Below, piece after piece: positions 60,425-64,000 of a DNA stretch of 64,000 nucleotides (position 1 is the stretch's first letter; the number at the start of each line of letters is the position of its first letter). A program made the position numbers and the translations under genes. The notes beneath the pieces are model-generated. The model worked only from the letters and a program-made list of their open reading frames with translations, did not search any database and was not told the origin of the DNA. The stretch is from a virus: positions 13,679 to 77,678 of the IMG/VR virus record IMGVR_UViG_3300049893_001204. One strand, given 5' to 3'.

Positions 60425-61309
60425 TTAGGGAAGAATTGTAAGAGGTCCTTGAATTATAAAACCAGAAGTGCCTCCAGAAACAACCCCAGAACAAACAACA
60501 GCAGGTGTTGCACCAGAAGGTGTTGTGATGTTTAAAGTTGTCCCTGTTATGTTTGTAAATTGTGCCGTAGCACCTGTGATTGTATTGCCACTGATAGTAC
60601 CTGGTGTAAAAATGCCGGAGACAATATAACCAGATCCAGAAACGTTTAAATCTCCCGAGATTGTAGTACCTGAAAAGCTTAAATTTGTAGCGGCAAGCGT
60701 CACAAAATTACCAAGAGTGGCATTAATTGTATTGCCTGTTACCGTAGTTCCAGAAAGACTACTGAAAACTCCGGATGTTCCTGAAATTGTGTTGCCTGTA
60801 ATAGTTGCTCCACTTAAATAAGCAAAGACACCAGATGTACCAGAAATACTGCTCCCTGTTATTGAAGCTCCTGAAATTCTTTGGAAGTTACCTGTGGTTG
60901 CGTTGACTGTTGTACCCGTTAATGTTGTAACTGCGGCAGAAGAAGCGTTAAGATTTGTTGTTTGTACGTTTGTACCCGTAAGTGTTAAGCCACTGATGGT
61001 ACCACTAACAATGGCATCAGTTTGAACAAGGATGCCACTAAATGTTGCGTTGGCACCAACTGTGATGCCAGTCGCAACAATTTGACCAGAAACTGTTAGG
61101 CCACTTTCAACAACAACATTACCGCTGACAGTACCTCCAGTGCGGGGTAAGTAGTAGAAATTAAGATACTGTTTTGTGCCGGATAAGGTAAGTTTTTTGT
61201 TCTTTAATGCTGGGTCAACTTCGTTAAGATGCACAACCGTCAGTAGATCGACATCTTCCAGGTCAATCCCAGCTATCTCCTGTAGGTCACTGATTCTTCG
61301 GTTGGCCAC
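60425..61309 (-). CDS. Tail fibre protein with SG-T-TG repeats
   Basis: MANRRISDL start, YLPRTGGTVSG, SGATITG repeats. Confidence 0.7.
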   Translation of the reverse strand: MANRRISDLQEIAGIDLEDVDLLTVVHLNEVDPALKNKKLTLSGTKQYLNFYYLPRTGGTVSGNVVVESGLTVSGQIVATGITVGANATFSGILVQTDAIVSGTISGLTLTGTNVQTTNLNASSAAVTTLTGTTVNATTGNFQRISGASITGSSISGTSGVFAYLSGATITGNTISGTSGVFSSLSGTTVTGNTINATLGNFVTLAATNLSFSGTTISGDLNVSGSGYIVSGIFTPGTISGNTITGATAQFTNITGTTLNITTPSGATPAVVCSGVVSGGTSGFIIQGPLTILP

Positions 61310-61363
61310 TACTTATGTATACAAATACCCTTAAAACCAATTATAGTTGCAGTATACTGACAA

Positions 61364-61654
61364 CTATTTAACTCGAACTTCAATGCGGGGAATGACATTA
61401 GACAGCCCTTGCCACAGTAGTTGGCCTCCTGTTACCAAGCCACAAGCAATGGCGAGCATCACAAGGACTTCTGCAATGGTGAGGTTACGGCGCAGGTACA
61501 CGACTTGCGGTGGACGTTGCTGAGGCTGCTGGAGAGCCTGCATCTGAGCTTGTTGAATGGCTAGTTCACGAGCACGGGCCTTCATCTCAGCCAACTGCTC
61601 AGGGCTGATGGTGCCAGGAATTGGTTGGTTGCTAGGAGGAACTTGGTTTTCCAT
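61364..61654 (-). CDS. Small membrane protein
   Basis: Gln-rich N-terminus, C-terminal TM helix. Confidence 0.55.
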   Translation of the reverse strand: MENQVPPSNQPIPGTISPEQLAEMKARARELAIQQAQMQALQQPQQRPPQVVYLRRNLTIAEVLVMLAIACGLVTGGQLLWQGLSNVIPRIEVRVK

Positions 61655-61706
61655 CTGAGCACTTTTGTTTTTTACACATTAGCATCTAAGCAAAGGAATT
61701 GTTGCT

Positions 61707-62120
61707 ATGCAGTACGGATTACGGAAAGGTTTAGAAGATATTGCCAGGGAGCTAAAGGGTATTAACAATGCCCTCTCGTCGCTCTGGTCAATTCAATACG
61801 AGAAAGGCGAGATTGATGTTCTAGATCCCAGGGCCTATGCCGATGAGTACATTACGACAGAGGAATGTGCCAATCGCCTGGGAGTCAGTGACCAAACACT
61901 GCGTAACTGGATTGCAATCGGCAGGAAAACCCCAAATAAAGGCTGGGTAGAAGGCATCCACTATGTCAACATCTGCCCAGATGACGACAAAAAGACAGTT
62001 TTCCGAATACCCTGGACTCGTCTTGTGGAATCCTTTGCCAAAAATCGCAAAGCAGTCCATGCTGATTTCTATAAATCTTGCAGCGAAGGAAAAACAGTAG
62101 AGCGTGGTGAGCCTATATGA
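61707..62120 (+). CDS. HTH DNA-binding protein (MerR/excisionase-like)
   Basis: YITTEECANRLGVSDQTLRNWI. Confidence 0.75.
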   Translation: MQYGLRKGLEDIARELKGINNALSSLWSIQYEKGEIDVLDPRAYADEYITTEECANRLGVSDQTLRNWIAIGRKTPNKGWVEGIHYVNICPDDDKKTVFRIPWTRLVESFAKNRKAVHADFYKSCSEGKTVERGEPI

Positions 62121-62575
62121 TCAAACATCGCTTTACCACTGTGGACATCGATGCCGTTACAGTCGACAACTTGGAAGAAACCTTACCACTTTCCTTGCGT
62201 CTCCAAGTAGAAATGTTTTTACCACCCAGTGGTTCGTTTGATACAGCTATCTTGCGCAGATACCTCCAAAACTTAAAAAACTATGAAGAAGAGGATGCTA
62301 ACTTTGGCATGACGCTTGCCAACAGATTGCGTTTAGCTTTCAAAGATATGCAGCCAGATACAATCTGTGGTAAATTTCCGCAAGCAGAACTGTCTTTAAA
62401 GCGGAGGTTGCGTTGCGTAGCAGAATACCTTATTCGCTCCGGAGAATTTGATAAGCTACGGGATGCCAACGGTAAGCTAATCAAGAAACGCGGTGTACTA
62501 GGCAAGATGGTTGTGATGTATCTACCAACGCCTAGGATGATCGAAGCATTACAGAAACAAGGATTGACACTATGA
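62117..62575 (+). CDS. Hypothetical protein
   Basis: 152-aa ORF in operon. Confidence 0.55.
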   Translation: MIKHRFTTVDIDAVTVDNLEETLPLSLRLQVEMFLPPSGSFDTAILRRYLQNLKNYEEEDANFGMTLANRLRLAFKDMQPDTICGKFPQAELSLKRRLRCVAEYLIRSGEFDKLRDANGKLIKKRGVLGKMVVMYLPTPRMIEALQKQGLTL

Positions 62576-62958
62576 ATCGTAGGGAAAAATTAATTGCTTC
62601 TGCCATTGGTCCAGACATGGATGAGACCAAGGCCAAGATGCTTGATGGCACCATAAAGCTAGTTCTTGGTGACATGGGGCAACATTACTGCAAGATGTGG
62701 GATGCAGAAGGACCTGGCGTTATGGTGTTCCAGCCAGAAAATAAAGAACGCTCGATGTTCTTTATGACACTTAAAGAATTGCATGCGGCACAAGAAGAGT
62801 GTGAACGCAGTAATGATGGTGATATGGCAGAGACGTTTAGGCGAATCCTTGGGTCAGCACAGAAGATTGATCCTACAGAAAAAGCTGGTTATATCATCAA
62901 TGATTCCCACGGGATTCGGTATTTGCAAATAGACTACAACCAGGTTGCAGACAGCTGA
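62572..62958 (+). CDS. Hypothetical protein
   Basis: 128-aa ORF in operon. Confidence 0.55.
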   Translation: MNRREKLIASAIGPDMDETKAKMLDGTIKLVLGDMGQHYCKMWDAEGPGVMVFQPENKERSMFFMTLKELHAAQEECERSNDGDMAETFRRILGSAQKIDPTEKAGYIINDSHGIRYLQIDYNQVADS

Positions 62959-63539
62959 TGGCATTACAGATCCTTCGTAAAGAAGACTTTGAATTAGTTA
63001 CAAACTATGACTTAATAGCAGCAGCCAATGCGTTGATGGGAAATATTGACCTGGACCCAGCAAGCTCAGATTTTGCCAACGACTATGTTCAAGCTGAAAA
63101 CTACTACACACCATCCGATGATGGTCTGAATGAACAGCAGTGGTTCGGTAACGTATATGTGTTCCCACCCAATGGTGCATACTTTTGGGATACTGTGCAA
63201 TCGCGCTGGAAGATCACACGGAGTAGTGCCAGGAGTTTAACGTCTTCCCATGCGGTGTGGTTTAGACGCTTGTATCGGGAATGGATGAGTGGTCAAATTA
63301 AGCAAGGTTTGTATTTTACCAACTGTCCAGACATGATTCGTTATGAGCAGAAAATCTTTGACTTTCCCATCTGCATCTTGAAAACAAAACCTGTATTAGT
63401 CAAAAGGACAAGCGAGGAAGTTAGCAAACATACTACTGCAACATCAATGCTTGTCTACCTGCCACCCACCGATTCTGCTGGGGATGCAGTACAAAACTTT
63501 GTAGACATCTATTCTCCTAAGGGCCGAGTTCTCTGCTAA
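62958..63539 (+). CDS. Phage DNA N6-adenine methyltransferase-like protein
   Basis: IDLDPAS motif I, DDGL..QW.GNVYVFPP. Confidence 0.65.
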   Translation: MALQILRKEDFELVTNYDLIAAANALMGNIDLDPASSDFANDYVQAENYYTPSDDGLNEQQWFGNVYVFPPNGAYFWDTVQSRWKITRSSARSLTSSHAVWFRRLYREWMSGQIKQGLYFTNCPDMIRYEQKIFDFPICILKTKPVLVKRTSEEVSKHTTATSMLVYLPPTDSAGDAVQNFVDIYSPKGRVLC

Positions 63540-63566
63540 ATTTTTCACAGGAACAAACAAAGAAAC

Positions 63567-64000
63567 ATGAGCGTTCTTGCTGATTGGGAGATTCTGGCGC
63601 TTGCAGAAGACGAAGAAATGATTGCACCTTTTGTTGATCATCTAGTCAGCAAGGAAGATGGACGTAAGCTTCTGAGTTATGGTCTTAGTTCCTATGGCTA
63701 TGACATTCGCCTCTCTCCTAAGCAATGCTTGGTATTCGGCAAGATCCAAGCTGGGGACTGTGACCCAAAGAATTTTGATCCTGATATTTTGCGTCCTACT
63801 GAGCTTCTTGAGGATGAGCGTGGTCAATATTTCTTGCTTCCTCCGTACGGTTACTGCCTGGGCGTTGCTTATGAGCGGCTGAACTTACCACGTGATGTGA
63901 CTGTTGTTGCTGTCGGCAAATCTACTTATGCCCGATCGGGAATCATGGTTAATATCACACCAGCAGAGGCCGGCTGGAAGGGACACCTGACGCTTGAGAT
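63567..64000 (+). CDS. dcd: dCTP deaminase (runs off window end)
   Basis: Manual translation MSVLADWEI...LSYGLSSYGYDIRL...GKSTYARSG..VNITPAEAGWKGHLTLE. Confidence 0.92.
   Translation, partial: MSVLADWEILALAEDEEMIAPFVDHLVSKEDGRKLLSYGLSSYGYDIRLSPKQCLVFGKIQAGDCDPKNFDPDILRPTELLEDERGQYFLLPPYGYCLGVAYERLNLPRDVTVVAVGKSTYARSGIMVNITPAEAGWKGHLTLE

Noticed and set aside
56279-61309. Diversity-generating retroelement at the tail fibres
   Set aside because: No reverse transcriptase and no adenine-specific TR/VR pair seen.

Overview
A 64-kb segment of a tailed dsDNA cyanophage genome, probably lytic and infecting picocyanobacteria. The host is inferred from hli, Dps, a DUF5895-like gene and a GH73+C39 lysin; no integrase was seen. 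Layout: (1) 1-13 kb, minus-strand packaging/virion genes (portal fragment, TerL, Ala/Gln/Gly-rich internal-virion-like proteins); (2) 13.5-37.5 kb, a plus-strand early/middle region of small ORFs plus two SSB-like genes, ThyX, T7-like PolA and Gp157-like; (3) 37.5-46 kb, Dps, zincins, a tRNA/ncRNA cluster, methyltransferase, HLIP and exonuclease; (4) 46-52 kb, primase-helicase, SpeD, glycosyltransferase and an 86-bp inverted-repeat/iteron locus; (5) 52-64 kb, lysis, tail fibres, MTase-like and dCTP deaminase. The most striking unexplained signal is a set of 20 intergenic elements in four families in the early/middle region. Each sits between a stop codon and a C/A-rich SD-less leader and shows compensatory base changes: A (7 copies, stem-CAU/UGUAAGU-stem), B (6 copies, H-type pseudoknot CGUC..GACG-UUAAAC), C (5 copies, X-hairpin-X'-loop-X bistable switch) and D (2 copies, T-loop junction). 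They look like a modular RNA processing/stabilisation/translation-control system. All product calls come from motif recognition by eye; no database searches were run.
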